Part shown: piece after piece, positions 1 to 9,603 of the stretch
Layout: every line of letters begins with the position of its first letter
How positions within the stretch are numbered: position 1 is the first letter of the stretch
DNA from: Thioalkalivibrio sp.
GTDB taxonomy: Bacteria > Pseudomonadota > Gammaproteobacteria > SpSt-1174
DNA length: 40,478 nucleotides
NCBI GenBank assembly: GCA_011046015.1
Contig: DSBO01000164.1
Span: 1-40,478, forward strand
Direction of reading: 5' to 3'
Notes under the pieces: generated by a model
What the model saw: only the letters and a program-made list of their open reading frames with translations
What the model was told of the DNA's origin: nothing
Database searches by the model: none
Position numbers and translations under genes: made by a program

Positions 1-820
1 CCATGGCCTCGCGCACGATACGCGTCAGCTGCCGTAGCGGGATTTCCCGGAGGATCAGCACCTCGACGACGAAGACATACACCGCCGTCACGGCAGCGGC
101 CTCGGAGATGGCGAAGTAGCCGCTGTAGATGCCGCCGAGCACGATGACGGGCAGGGGCAGCTCCCAGGCCGCCGCGCGCAGCGCCCGTCCCGCCGAGGGG
201 CGCGACTCGCCGGGGACGGCGAGCTGTGGCGGGCGTTGCCACATCGACCAGGCGGAGAGCAGGACGATCATGAGCAGCCCTGGCAACAGGCCGGCGATGA
301 ACAGGTCGTTGATGCTGACCGGTACCTCGAGCCCCAGTTGCTGAGCGACCACGCCGTAGAGAATCAACGGTAGCGATGGGGCGAACAGCAGACCGAGGCT
401 GCCGGAGCTGGTGACCAGGCCGAGGCTGAAGTGTTCGGTATAGCCAGCCTGTCGCAGTGCCGGATACAGCAGCGCGCCCAGGGCCACGATGGTGACGCCC
501 GAGGCACCGGTGAAGGCCGTGAACAGGGCGCAGGTCGCCAGTGCGATGATGGCCAGTCCGCCGGGCATCCAGCCGAGCAGCGCGTGGCTGAGATCCACCA
601 GGCGTCGTGGTGCGCCGCTTTCCCCCAGCAGGAAGCCGGCAAAGGTGAACAGGGGAATGGCCACCAGCACGGGCAGCTCGGCCAGCCGGTAGATCTCGAT
701 GGCCATGACCATGAGGTCGATGTCGGTGGCGTGGAAACCGGACATGGCGCCGGCGGCGATGACCACGAACAGCGGCGCGCCCAGCAGGGCGATCAGCAAC
801 AGGACGAGGGCGACGATCAT
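1..820 (-). CDS. dctM: TRAP transporter large permease subunit (DctM family), N-terminal part only; the gene runs off the left edge
   Basis: Manual reverse translation from ATG at 820 gives MIVALVLLLIALLGAPLFVVIAAGAMSGFHATDIDLMVMAIEIYRLAELPVLVAIPLFTFAGFLL..., a typical DctM N-terminus. ATGA start/stop overlap with dctQ (817-820). Absent from the ORF track because it has no stop codon inside the window. Confidence 0.85.
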   Translation of the reverse strand, partial: MIVALVLLLIALLGAPLFVVIAAGAMSGFHATDIDLMVMAIEIYRLAELPVLVAIPLFTFAGFLLGESGAPRRLVDLSHALLGWMPGGLAIIALATCALFTAFTGASGVTIVALGALLYPALRQAGYTEHFSLGLVTSSGSLGLLFAPSLPLILYGVVAQQLGLEVPVSINDLFIAGLLPGLLMIVLLSAWSMWQRPPQLAVPGESRPSAGRALRAAAWELPLPVIVLGGIYSGYFAISEAAAVTAVYVFVVEVLILREIPLRQLTRIVREAM

Positions 821-1311
821 GTGTGATCGCCATCCGCGCGCGGCGGTGCGCCTCGCAGCGCATGCAGCGCGAAGCGCACGGCAATCAGCGCGAACGACAG
901 TGGCATGATGCTCTCGGCGAGCCACAGCGGCAGGCCGTCGAAGGCGGTGATGCCCGTATCGAACTCCATGGCCACGAAACGCCCGCTGTGCCAGGCGATG
1001 AGGCCGCAGATGGCGGCGGCGAACAGGCGTGTGCCGGTGTAGGCCATGCGGTACAGGAGGGGAGGCAGTGTTCGCGACAGCAGGTCGACGGTGATGTGGC
1101 GGTCCTCGCGGGTGGCCGCCAGTGCGCCGAGCAGCCCCAGCCACAACACCATGATCTTGAGTAGCGGGTCGATCCACACCAGCCCCGAGTCGAACAGGTT
1201 GCGCAGGACGATCTGCAGGGCCGCGAGCAGGATCATGCTTGCGAGCAGCGAGGCCAGCACCGCGTCCTCGATGCGGTGCAACCAGCCGGCGAGTCGATCG
1301 AGCCCCTGCAT
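817..1311 (-). CDS. dctQ: TRAP transporter small permease subunit (DctQ family)
   Basis: 164-aa hydrophobic protein with about four TM segments, lying between the DctP and DctM genes. Start/stop overlap with dctM. Confidence 0.8.
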   Translation of the reverse strand: MQGLDRLAGWLHRIEDAVLASLLASMILLAALQIVLRNLFDSGLVWIDPLLKIMVLWLGLLGALAATREDRHITVDLLSRTLPPLLYRMAYTGTRLFAAAICGLIAWHSGRFVAMEFDTGITAFDGLPLWLAESIMPLSFALIAVRFALHALRGAPPRADGDHT

Positions 1312-1318
1312 GTCCTGT

Positions 1319-2338
1319 TCAGTCTGCCCGTGCCTGGGCCCGGTAGGTTGCCAGGTGGGAGCGGATCACGGTGAGCATGTCCGGCGAGTAGACGCCCCTG
1401 GTGCCGAGTCGTTCGATCGAGGTGTTGGCGATCTCGCGCCAGCGTATGAGCTCGTCGGGCGCGGGCGTGACGAACTCGATACCCTGGGCGGCCAGCACCT
1501 CGCGGGCCTTCCGGTTGTCGGTGCGGCTCTGCCTGTCGAGTTCGGCGAAGATGCGACCCATCACCTCGTTCAGGACGCGCTGGTCGCGAGCATCGATGCG
1601 GCGGTAGGCGCGCTGATCGATGATCATCATGCCCATGACGTAGATCAGCGGGATGTCGGTGACGGTCTTCATCCGCGTGTGCCACTGAAACGCGATCGCC
1701 GCGGTCGGCGTCGAGCCGATGGTGTCGATCAGCCCGGTCTGCAGGCCGGTGTAGACGTCGGAGATGGGCAGGGTGATGGGGCTGATGCCCACGGTCTCAT
1801 AGATGGCGGCCGTGATCTGGTCGCCCTGGGGCAGCCAGGACTTCTGGTTGCCCAGGTCCTCGACGCGGCGGATCGGCGCGTCGGACATCAGATAGGCAAA
1901 CCCCCCCTCGCTGAGCCCCACGACCTCGTAGCCCTTTTCCTTGAGGCCCTGGCTGAGCCGGTCATCCATGTGCCCGCGCACATAGTCCACCTCGTCGTAA
2001 TCGCGAAACAGCAAGGGCAGGCTATAGATCTGTGCGTCGGGGTAGATCTCCGCGATGCTGCCGGCCGTGAGTGCCCCGCCGTGTAGCTGGCCGATGCGGA
2101 TCTTCTTGAGCACGGCCTGGTCGGTACCCATGATGCCGCCGGGGTAGAACTTGAGCTTCACCCGGCCCTCCGTGCGTGTCTCGATCTCGGCAGCACCGTC
2201 GCGCATCGCATGCATCCACGAGGTGCCGTCCGGTGCGAGCGTGGCGATCTTGAGGGTGGTCTGGGCCTGCGCGCCGGCGGCGAACAGGCAGCCCAGCAGC
2301 AGGCTCATCAGGAGGATCGGGGCATGTCGGGACATCAT
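1319..2338 (-). CDS. dctP: TRAP transporter substrate-binding protein (DctP family), secreted
   Basis: Signal peptide MMSRHAPILLMSLLLGCLFAAGAQA. DctP-like sequence (TLKIATLAPDGTSW..., KFYPGGIMG..., LLFRDYDEVDYV). First transporter gene of the operon. Confidence 0.9.
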   Translation of the reverse strand: MMSRHAPILLMSLLLGCLFAAGAQAQTTLKIATLAPDGTSWMHAMRDGAAEIETRTEGRVKLKFYPGGIMGTDQAVLKKIRIGQLHGGALTAGSIAEIYPDAQIYSLPLLFRDYDEVDYVRGHMDDRLSQGLKEKGYEVVGLSEGGFAYLMSDAPIRRVEDLGNQKSWLPQGDQITAAIYETVGISPITLPISDVYTGLQTGLIDTIGSTPTAAIAFQWHTRMKTVTDIPLIYVMGMMIIDQRAYRRIDARDQRVLNEVMGRIFAELDRQSRTDNRKAREVLAAQGIEFVTPAPDELIRWREIANTSIERLGTRGVYSPDMLTVIRSHLATYRAQARAD

Positions 2339-2355
2339 GATTCCAGGGGTGGAGA

Positions 2356-3204
2356 CTAGAAGTAGTCGTCGGAGCCGGCCAGCAGTCTACGCGCATCGCG
2401 CTGGGCCAGGGTGTTGGTCAGGGTGAGGCGGTGTGCTTCCGGGGCGGCCGCGAGCACGTCCTCCAGCAGCCGGTCGTGCAGTTCCTGGTCGAACATCAGG
2501 CGGGCATAGTGCTGGGCGAACAGGACCTTGGCCATCAGGTCGCGGCCTTCCGACAGTTCGATCGCGCGCTCGAAGTGCGCGCGTGCCACCTCGGGCCTGC
2601 CGCCCATGGCCGGGGGCAGCTGGCTGTGTATGACGCCGAGGTACAGGTGGGCGCTGCCACCGTCGTGCTGTTCGTCGAGTTCCACCACGCGTTCGAGCAG
2701 GGCTCGGACCTTGGGCACGTCGGCCACTGCCTGCCAGTCGTCGCTGTGCTGCCGGATCCAGCCCGCCCATGCCGTCGCCAGGCCGTGCAGTACGGGGACG
2801 TCGTGCCCGCCAGTGGATCGCAGCGCCACCGTGAACGCATCGAAGGGTGCGTCCAGCGCCTCGCACAGGGCGGTGCGGCGGAGGCAGGCGGCGCGTTCGG
2901 CATACTCTCGGGCCCGTGTCGTCAGGCGTTGCGCACGCTCACTCTCATCGACGAACACGCTGGCGTAGGCCCCGTAGAGTCGGGCCCCGGCCAGCAGCAT
3001 CTCCGGGTTGTCCGGCTCGCCCTCGACGAAGCTGTCGATCAGCAGCAGGTAGGCCGGGGCGCCGTCCTTTACCGTTTGCGGGTCATCCTGGTTGAGGATG
3101 GCGACGGACAGGTTGTCGGCCATGCGGTTGGTCGCCGAGGTGATGATGTTGGCGCATCCGGTAGTGCCGAGCAGCAGGAGGACAGGGATCAGCAGGCGCA
3201 TCAT
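2356..3204 (-). CDS. TRAP-associated TPR-like lipoprotein (TatT family)
   Basis: Lipobox LLLLGTTGC. All-helical TPR-like sequence resembling TatT-component proteins. Ends 18 nt upstream of dctP on the same strand. Confidence 0.7.
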   Translation of the reverse strand: MMRLLIPVLLLLGTTGCANIITSATNRMADNLSVAILNQDDPQTVKDGAPAYLLLIDSFVEGEPDNPEMLLAGARLYGAYASVFVDESERAQRLTTRAREYAERAACLRRTALCEALDAPFDAFTVALRSTGGHDVPVLHGLATAWAGWIRQHSDDWQAVADVPKVRALLERVVELDEQHDGGSAHLYLGVIHSQLPPAMGGRPEVARAHFERAIELSEGRDLMAKVLFAQHYARLMFDQELHDRLLEDVLAAAPEAHRLTLTNTLAQRDARRLLAGSDDYF

Positions 3205-3271
3205 GTGGTTATTCTAGCGTATTCCGGCATCGGGCCAGTACTTTCGGCGCCGCAGCGCTAGTGACAGGACA

Positions 3272-4630
3272 TTAGATTCGCTCGATCACCTCGGCCAGGC
3301 GGTTGGCCGTGATGATCTCCATGTCCGGGATGCCCTTCTTCGGCGCGTTGGCCTTGGGCACGATGGCGCGCCTGAAGCCGTGCTTGGCTGCCTCCTTCAG
3401 GCGCTCCTGGCCATTGGGCACCGGCCGGATCTCGCCGGCCAGGCCGACCTCGCCGAAGGTGACGAGGTCGTGCGGCAGCGGGCGGCTGCGGAAGCTGGAC
3501 AGCGCGGCCAGCAGCACCGGAAGGTCGGCGGCGGTCTCGCTCACGCGCACCCCGCCTACCACGTTGACGAACACGTCCTGGTCGTACATGGCGATGCCAC
3601 CGTGGCGGTGGAGCACCGCCAGCAGCATGGCCAGGCGATTCTGCTCCAGGCCCACCGCCACCCGGCGCGGGTTGTTGGTGTGGCTCTCGTCCACCAGGGC
3701 CTGCACCTCGACCATCAGGGGGCGCGTGCCCTCGCGGGTGACCATGATCACGCTGCCGGATACCGGTTCCTCGTGGCGCGAGAGGAAGATGGCCGAGGGA
3801 TTGCTCACCGGCTTGAGGCCCTTCTCGGTCATGGCGAAAACGCCCAGCTCGTTGACCGCACCGAAGCGGTTCTTCACCGCCCGCAGCACGCGATAGCGTC
3901 CGCCCGGGTCGCCTTCGAAATAGAGCACGGTGTCGACCATGTGCTCGAGTACACGTGGGCCGGCAAGCGTGCCCTCCTTGGTGACATGGCCGACGATGAA
4001 CAGGGCGGTGTTGGTTTGTTTGGCGTAGCGCACGAGCTGGGCAGCGGCCTCGCGGACCTGGGCGACCGAGCCAGGCGCGGATTGCAGGAGTTCGGTATAG
4101 ATGGTCTGGATCGAGTCCACCACCATGACCTGGGGTCGTTCCTGGCTGGCAGCGGCGAGGATGCGCTCGACGCCGGTTTCGGTGAATAGGCGCAGGCCCT
4201 CGGTGGGCAGGCCGAGCCGGCGTGCGCGCAGGGTGACCTGCTGCAGCGATTCCTCGCCGGTGACGTACAGGCTCTTGAGGTCGGTGACGCTGGCGAGCGT
4301 CTGCAGCAGCAGGGTGGACTTGCCGATGCCTGGATCACCACCGATCAGCACCACCGAGCCGTGCACCAGGCCTCCGCCCAGCACGCGATCCAGTTCGTCC
4401 ATGCCCGTGGGGCTGCGCGGGTCCGCTTCCAGTGCCACCTCGTCCACCGAGCGGATGCGGCTCTCACCCGCGTAGCCGGCAAAGCGCGCGCCCCTGGCCG
4501 CGGTCGGGGCAGGGGCCGCGGGCATTTCTTCCATGGTGTTCCATTCGCCGCAGTCGGCACACTGGCCGGCCCATTTGCTGGCCACGGCACCGCAGGCTGT
4601 GCACTGGTATTGCTGCTTGGGTTTCGCCAT
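3272..4630 (-). CDS. radA: DNA repair protein RadA/Sms
   Basis: N-terminal zinc ribbon CTACG...CADCGEW, Walker A GGDPGIGKSTLLLQ, KNRFG motif, Lon-like C-terminal domain. 452 aa. Confidence 0.95.
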   Translation of the reverse strand: MAKPKQQYQCTACGAVASKWAGQCADCGEWNTMEEMPAAPAPTAARGARFAGYAGESRIRSVDEVALEADPRSPTGMDELDRVLGGGLVHGSVVLIGGDPGIGKSTLLLQTLASVTDLKSLYVTGEESLQQVTLRARRLGLPTEGLRLFTETGVERILAAASQERPQVMVVDSIQTIYTELLQSAPGSVAQVREAAAQLVRYAKQTNTALFIVGHVTKEGTLAGPRVLEHMVDTVLYFEGDPGGRYRVLRAVKNRFGAVNELGVFAMTEKGLKPVSNPSAIFLSRHEEPVSGSVIMVTREGTRPLMVEVQALVDESHTNNPRRVAVGLEQNRLAMLLAVLHRHGGIAMYDQDVFVNVVGGVRVSETAADLPVLLAALSSFRSRPLPHDLVTFGEVGLAGEIRPVPNGQERLKEAAKHGFRRAIVPKANAPKKGIPDMEIITANRLAEVIERI

Positions 4631-4633
4631 GGC

Positions 4634-5983
4634 TCAGTCTTCCGTCATCTGGCCGCCATACTGCGGCAGGCGGTCGCGCAGGCGCAGCGTCTTGATGGCG
4701 TTGTTCTTCACCTGCAGTACCTCGATCGGGTAGCCGGCGATCAGGAACGAGGTGCCGGGTTCGGGGATGGACTCCATGTGTTCCAGCACCAGTCCGTTGA
4801 GGGTGCGAGGGCCCTCGGTGGGCAGTTCCCAGCCCAGCGCCCGGTTGATGGCGCGGATATGCACGCCACCGTCGACGAGATAGCTGCCGTCGTCCTGTTC
4901 GTGCACGTCCCGGCCATAGTCGCCGGGTGCGGTGGTGAACTCGCCGACGATCTCCTCCAGCAGGTCCTCGAGCGTCACAAGTCCCTGGATGTCACCGTAC
5001 TCGTCGACGACCAGGCCGATGCGGCGGCGCTTCTTCTGGAAGTTCAGCAGCTGCTGGTTGAGGGGCGTGCTCTCCGGGATGAAATACGGCTCGCGCAGGT
5101 TGACCTCGACGTGCTCGCGCGTGAGTTCATCGCTCAGGATCAGATCCATGACCTTGCGCAGGTGCAGGAAGCCTAGCACGTTGTCGATGCTGCCGCGGTA
5201 GACCGGCAGGCGCGTGTAGCTGCTCTGCCGGATCTGTTCGACCACCTTGTCCCAGTCCTCCTCGAGGTCGATGCCGACGATGTCCTTGCGCGGGATCATG
5301 ATGTCCTCGACCGTGATCTTCTCCAGGTCGAGGATGCCGAGCAGCATCTTGCGATGGCGGCGCGGAATGAGGCTGCCGGCCTCGGCGACCACGGAACGCA
5401 GCTCCTCGCGGCTCAGGGCCTGGCCGGGACCACCCGCGTCGTGCAGGCCGAACACGCGCAGGATGGAATTGGCAAACAGGTTGACGAGCCATACCAGCGG
5501 GTAACTCACCACCAGAAGGGGGACGTACACGAACGCGGCCGGGAAGGCGATCTTCTCGGAATGCAGGGCACCGACGGTCTTCGGGGCGACTTCGGCGAAG
5601 ATCAGCAGGGCCAGGGTGAGCAGGCCGGTGGCAATCGCGATGCCGGCATCGCCATACAGCCGCAGGCCGATGAAGGTCGCCAGCTGCGTGATCACGATAT
5701 TGACCAGGTTGTTGCCCAGCAGGATCAGGCCGATCAGCCGGTCGGGCTGGCTCAGCAGACGCTGGGCGCGCATCGCGCCGGGATGACCCTGGTCGGCGAG
5801 GTGGCGCAGACGGTAGCGGTTCAGCGACATCAGCGCTGTCTCGGAACCGGAGAAGAAGCCCGAAAACAGGAACAGGACGAACAGCCCGCCGAACAGAAAA
5901 CCTAGGGGAATCTGGTCCAAGACGTCTGGAAACCGTGATATGGGTGATCGGAAATTAGACGGGCCGGGCGCCCCGGCTGTCAA
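4634..5983 (-). CDS. CNNM/DUF21-CBS-CorC_HlyC family membrane protein (YfjD-like); start uncertain
   Basis: FSGSETALMSLNRYRLRHL (DUF21), a CBS pair and a CorC/HlyC C-terminal domain. Position next to a ypjD-like gene and divergent from ffh, as in E. coli. The true start may lie downstream of 5983. Confidence 0.85.
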   Translation of the reverse strand: MTAGAPGPSNFRSPISRFPDVLDQIPLGFLFGGLFVLFLFSGFFSGSETALMSLNRYRLRHLADQGHPGAMRAQRLLSQPDRLIGLILLGNNLVNIVITQLATFIGLRLYGDAGIAIATGLLTLALLIFAEVAPKTVGALHSEKIAFPAAFVYVPLLVVSYPLVWLVNLFANSILRVFGLHDAGGPGQALSREELRSVVAEAGSLIPRRHRKMLLGILDLEKITVEDIMIPRKDIVGIDLEEDWDKVVEQIRQSSYTRLPVYRGSIDNVLGFLHLRKVMDLILSDELTREHVEVNLREPYFIPESTPLNQQLLNFQKKRRRIGLVVDEYGDIQGLVTLEDLLEEIVGEFTTAPGDYGRDVHEQDDGSYLVDGGVHIRAINRALGWELPTEGPRTLNGLVLEHMESIPEPGTSFLIAGYPIEVLQVKNNAIKTLRLRDRLPQYGGQMTED

Positions 5984-5999
5984 GGCGGGGGACGTGCTC

Positions 6000-6812
6000 T
6001 CAGGCCTGGCCCAGGATCAGTTCGATCACGAGCTTGCTGCCGAAGTAGGCCAGCATGAGAAAGACGAAGCCGCCCAGGGTCCAGCGGATGGCCTTGCGCC
6101 CGCGCCAGCCGAAGCGCCAGCGTCCGAACAGCAGGGTGGCGAACAGGCCCCAGGCCACGATCGAGAGCGCGGTCTTGTGGACCTGCTGCTGCGCGAAAAT
6201 GTCCTCGAGGTAGATGAAGCCGGTGATCAGGCTGGCGCTGAGCAGCACGAAACCAACGCCGAGCAGCTGGAACAGCAGGCATTCCATGTGTTGCAAGGGT
6301 GGCAGGGCGCGCAGCAGTCCGCCCGGACGATGGGTATGCAGGTGGCGATCCTGGAACCACAGCACCATGGCCTGCAGGGCGGCGAGCCCGAGCATGCTAT
6401 AGGCCAGCAGTGACAGGAAGATGTGGATGTCGAGGCCGCGCTGGCTCGAGGCCGGCGTGAAGCTGATCTCCGGGACGAAGCGATCCAGCAGCACGGCGAT
6501 GATCGCCAGCGGCAGCAGCAGCAGGCCGATGTTCTCGACCGGACGTTTGAGGCTTGCGAAGAGCAGCAGGGCGACCATCAGCCAGGTCACCGAGGAGAGT
6601 GCGTGAAAAAAGCCCAGATCGAGTCCCGCCGGGGTGAGCACGACGCGGTAGGCGACGACGGCATGCAACAGTACCGCCCCGCTCCAGGTGAGCAGCACCA
6701 GCTCGCGCGATATCGCTCCGTGGCCGGTGGCCAATGCGCGCACGCGCAAACCGATGGCGCCGGTGGTGGCCAGGTAGAGCGCGACCGCGAGCAGGCTGAG
6801 GGCAGTGATCAT
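6000..6812 (-). CDS. Cytochrome c assembly (CcsA/YpjD) family inner-membrane protein
   Basis: Polytopic membrane protein starting MITALSLLAVALYLATTG at an internal ATG (6812) of the 311-aa ORF. The upstream 41 codons lie in AT-rich promoter-like DNA. ypjD-like position next to ffh. Confidence 0.75.
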   Translation of the reverse strand: MITALSLLAVALYLATTGAIGLRVRALATGHGAISRELVLLTWSGAVLLHAVVAYRVVLTPAGLDLGFFHALSSVTWLMVALLLFASLKRPVENIGLLLLPLAIIAVLLDRFVPEISFTPASSQRGLDIHIFLSLLAYSMLGLAALQAMVLWFQDRHLHTHRPGGLLRALPPLQHMECLLFQLLGVGFVLLSASLITGFIYLEDIFAQQQVHKTALSIVAWGLFATLLFGRWRFGWRGRKAIRWTLGGFVFLMLAYFGSKLVIELILGQA

Positions 6813-6891
6813 GGGTGAGTCGGGTTGTTGTCCTTGTAGGGAAGTGATGATTGCATATTCGGTCCGTTGCGTGAACCTCGTAGCAACTCGT

Positions 6892-6920
6892 TTGCCGTAT
6901 TTGTGACGCCTTTTTATAGT
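6892..6920 (+). promoter_or_regulatory. Putative sigma70 promoter TTGCCG-N17-TATAGT for the phosphodiesterase-like gene
   Basis: Hexamers read at 6892-6897 and 6915-6920 in an AT-rich divergent intergenic region. About 60 nt upstream of ATG 6984. Confidence 0.35.
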
Positions 6921-6983
6921 CACTCCCCTCGACATCGTGTAGCATCGAAGTCAATCAGGGGAATTCTTAATGAATACAGCATC

Positions 6984-7751
6984 ATGCAGCTGACCGTACT
7001 GGGCTGTAGCGGCGGAATCGGGGCTGGGTTGGGAACGACCTCGCTGCTGATCGACGACGACATCCTCATCGACTGTGGAACCGGGGCCGGTCAGCTCAGC
7101 CTCGAGGCCATGGCGCGCCTGCGTCACGTCTTTATCACGCACACGCACCTCGATCACATCGCGGCACTGCCCCTGCTCATCGACACCCTTTTCGACCAGC
7201 TGCAGGGGCGCCCGCTCACGGTGCATGCCCAGCCCGAAAGCATCGAGGTGCTGCGTACGCACGTGTTCAACTGGCAGGTCTGGCCGGATTTCTTCGAGCT
7301 CCCCGATCGCGACCATCCGGTGGTGCGCTTCGAACCCATGTCGCCGGGCACGCCGGTCGAGCTCGGCGGGCGGACGCTGGAGATGATTCCGGTCAATCAC
7401 GCCGTGCCAACGGTGGGCTACTGCGTGCGCGGCGGTGAGTCGGTAATCGCCTTCAGTGGCGACACCACCAGCAACGACAGCCTGTGGGAGGCGCTGAACC
7501 GGGAGCCGCAACTGGACATGCTCATCGTCGAGTGTGCCTTCGCCAACGAGGAGCGGGCCCTCAGCGACATCGCGCGGCACTACTGCCCCGAGACCCTGGG
7601 CGTGGACCTGGCCAAGCTGCGTCATCGGCCGCAGACCTACATCACCCATCTCAAGTCCGGCGATGAGGAGCGCATCATGGCCCAGCTCCAGACCGGTATG
7701 CCCGAGCGGGGCCTCAGGCGCCTGCGCAGCGGCGACGTTTTCCAGTTATAA
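6984..7751 (+). CDS. MBL-fold hydrolase, class II 3',5'-cyclic-nucleotide phosphodiesterase-like
   Basis: MQLTVLGCSGG..., metal motif FITHTHLDHIAALPLL close to the class II cNMP phosphodiesterase signature HxHLDH. Start taken at internal ATG 6984 of ORF 6867..7751. Confidence 0.7.
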   Translation: MQLTVLGCSGGIGAGLGTTSLLIDDDILIDCGTGAGQLSLEAMARLRHVFITHTHLDHIAALPLLIDTLFDQLQGRPLTVHAQPESIEVLRTHVFNWQVWPDFFELPDRDHPVVRFEPMSPGTPVELGGRTLEMIPVNHAVPTVGYCVRGGESVIAFSGDTTSNDSLWEALNREPQLDMLIVECAFANEERALSDIARHYCPETLGVDLAKLRHRPQTYITHLKSGDEERIMAQLQTGMPERGLRRLRSGDVFQL

Positions 7752-7768
7752 TGTCCACCCCGATTTCC

Positions 7769-7799
7769 CGACGGCCCGCCGCCACGCGCTGGGCCGTCG
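7769..7799 (+). terminator. GC-rich hairpin (9-bp stem CGACGGCCC/GGGCCGTCG, 13-nt loop) between the phosphodiesterase gene and ffh; no U-tract
   Basis: Read directly from the sequence. Its function as a terminator or attenuator is unproven. Confidence 0.25.
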
Positions 7800-7817
7800 T
7801 CGCCATTGCGGAACAGC

Positions 7818-9176
7818 ATGTTTGAGAATCTCACAGATCGTCTAGCCGGCACCGTCAAGCGCCTGCGCGGCCAGACCCGGCTCACCGAGGACAACATCAA
7901 GGAGACCCTGCGCGAGGTGCGCATGGCCCTGCTTGAGGCCGACGTGGCCCTGCCGGTGGTCAAGGCCATCGTCGAGCACGTGCGCGAACGCGCGGTGGGC
8001 CAGGAGGTGCTGCAAAGCCTCTCGCCCGGCCAGGCCTTCGTCAAGATCGTCAACGACGAGCTCGTCCACATCATGGGCGATGCCAACGAGTCGCTGCATC
8101 TTGCGACCCAGCCCCCCGCCGTGGTGCTGATGGCCGGCCTGCAGGGTGCGGGCAAGACCACCACCGTCGGCAAGCTGGCGCGCTTCCTCAAGGAGCGCGA
8201 GCACAAGTCGGTGATGGTGGTCTCGGCCGACGTCTACCGTCCGGCCGCCATCAAGCAGCTCGAGACCCTGGCCGGCGAGGTGGGGGTGGACTTCTACGCC
8301 AGCGCCGCCGACCAGGACCCGCTCGCAATCGTCAATGGCGCCATCGATGCCGCGCGCAAGCAGTTCAAGGACGTGCTCATCGTCGATACGGCCGGCCGTC
8401 TGCACATCGACGACGAGATGATGGGCGAGATCCAGCGTATCCACACGGCCATCAAGCCGGTGGAGACCCTGTTCGTCGTCGACGCCATGACCGGTCAGGA
8501 CGCCGCCAACACCGCCAAGGCCTTCAATGATGCCCTGCCGCTCACCGGCGTGGTGCTGACCAAGGCCGACGGCGACGCCCGCGGCGGCGCCGCGCTGTCG
8601 GTGCGCCACATCACCGGCAAGCCGATCAAGTTCATCGGTGTGGGCGAGCGCTCCAGCGCGCTCGAACCCTTCCATCCGGATCGTATCGCCTCGCGCATAC
8701 TCGGCATGGGCGACGTGCTCAGCCTGGTGGAGGAGGCGCACCGCAAGGTCGACAAGGACAAGGCCGAGAAGCTCGCGAAGAAGATTCAGAGGGGCAAGGG
8801 CTTCGATCTCGAGGACCTGCGTGACCAGCTCCAGCAGATGCTTTCCATGGGTGGCATCGGTTCCCTGCTCGACAAGCTGCCCGGGGTCGGCAACGTGCCC
8901 GACGCGGTCAAGCAGCAGGCCAACGACGGGGAGATCAAGCGCATGATCGCCATCATCAACTCGATGACGAGGCAGGAGCGCCGCTTCCCCGATATCATCA
9001 AGGGGTCGCGCAAGCGACGTATCGCCGGCGGCTCGGGCACCCAGGTGCAGGACGTCAACCGCCTGCTCAAGCAGCACACGCAGATGAGCAAGGCGATGAA
9101 GAAGTTTTCCAAGGGCGGGATGGGCAAGATGATGCGCATGATGAAGGGCAAGATGCCCCCCGGCATGCCCTTTTGA
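7818..9176 (+). CDS. ffh: Signal recognition particle protein Ffh
   Basis: MFENLTDRLAG..., GLQGAGKTTT, DTAGRL, Met-rich M domain (MGKMMRMMKGKMPPGMPF). ATG 7818 preferred over TTG 7806. Confidence 0.95.
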   Translation: MFENLTDRLAGTVKRLRGQTRLTEDNIKETLREVRMALLEADVALPVVKAIVEHVRERAVGQEVLQSLSPGQAFVKIVNDELVHIMGDANESLHLATQPPAVVLMAGLQGAGKTTTVGKLARFLKEREHKSVMVVSADVYRPAAIKQLETLAGEVGVDFYASAADQDPLAIVNGAIDAARKQFKDVLIVDTAGRLHIDDEMMGEIQRIHTAIKPVETLFVVDAMTGQDAANTAKAFNDALPLTGVVLTKADGDARGGAALSVRHITGKPIKFIGVGERSSALEPFHPDRIASRILGMGDVLSLVEEAHRKVDKDKAEKLAKKIQRGKGFDLEDLRDQLQQMLSMGGIGSLLDKLPGVGNVPDAVKQQANDGEIKRMIAIINSMTRQERRFPDIIKGSRKRRIAGGSGTQVQDVNRLLKQHTQMSKAMKKFSKGGMGKMMRMMKGKMPPGMPF

Positions 9177-9218
9177 GCCCGCGTGGGGCGGGGGCACGCG
9201 CCTGTTGCCTGATTCCCC

Positions 9219-9246
9219 TTCACTTTTTTCCAAAAAGCTGTACAAT
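9219..9246 (+). promoter_or_regulatory. Putative promoter TTCACT-N16-TACAAT of the rpsP-rimM-trmD-rplS operon
   Basis: Hexamers read in the AT-rich ffh-rpsP spacer. Confidence 0.3.
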
Positions 9247-9336
9247 TCGCCGTCTATTTTCGCCGTGGTGTAGGCAGTAGCCCGGCGGGTATGCGGAATT
9301 TCCGAAAAATTGCTGTATTAACAAGGTCTTAGCTAA

Positions 9337-9591
9337 ATGATCAGCATTCGACTCTCTCGTGGCGGTGCCAAAAAGCGCCCCTTCTACCACATCGTGGTGA
9401 CCGATTCCCGCAAGCGCCGGGACAGCGGCTCCATTGAAACCCTGGGTTACTACAACCCGGTGGCCCGCGGTCAGGAGGTGCGTCTGCACGTCGAAGACGA
9501 TCGCATCAACTACTGGCTTGGGCAGGGTGCGCAGCCGAGCGATCGCGTGGCGGCACTGATCAAGCAGGCGAAGAAGGCCGCTGCGAACTAA
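9337..9591 (+). CDS. rpsP: 30S ribosomal protein S16
   Basis: [21 protein letters not shown]..., 84 aa, conserved operon position. Confidence 0.95.
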   Translation: MISIRLSRGGAKKRPFYHIVVTDSRKRRDSGSIETLGYYNPVARGQEVRLHVEDDRINYWLGQGAQPSDRVAALIKQAKKAAAN

Positions 9592-9603
9592 GCGCCCGCC
9601 CGC

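Noticed and set aside
6813-6935. 41-codon N-terminal extension of the YpjD-like ORF; likewise the upstream extensions of ORFs 6867, 16722, 20765, 24064..26997, 28434 and 35365
   Set aside because: The extensions fall in AT-rich or intergenic DNA or overlap the preceding gene. The internal ATG or GTG starts reproduce conserved orthologue N-termini.
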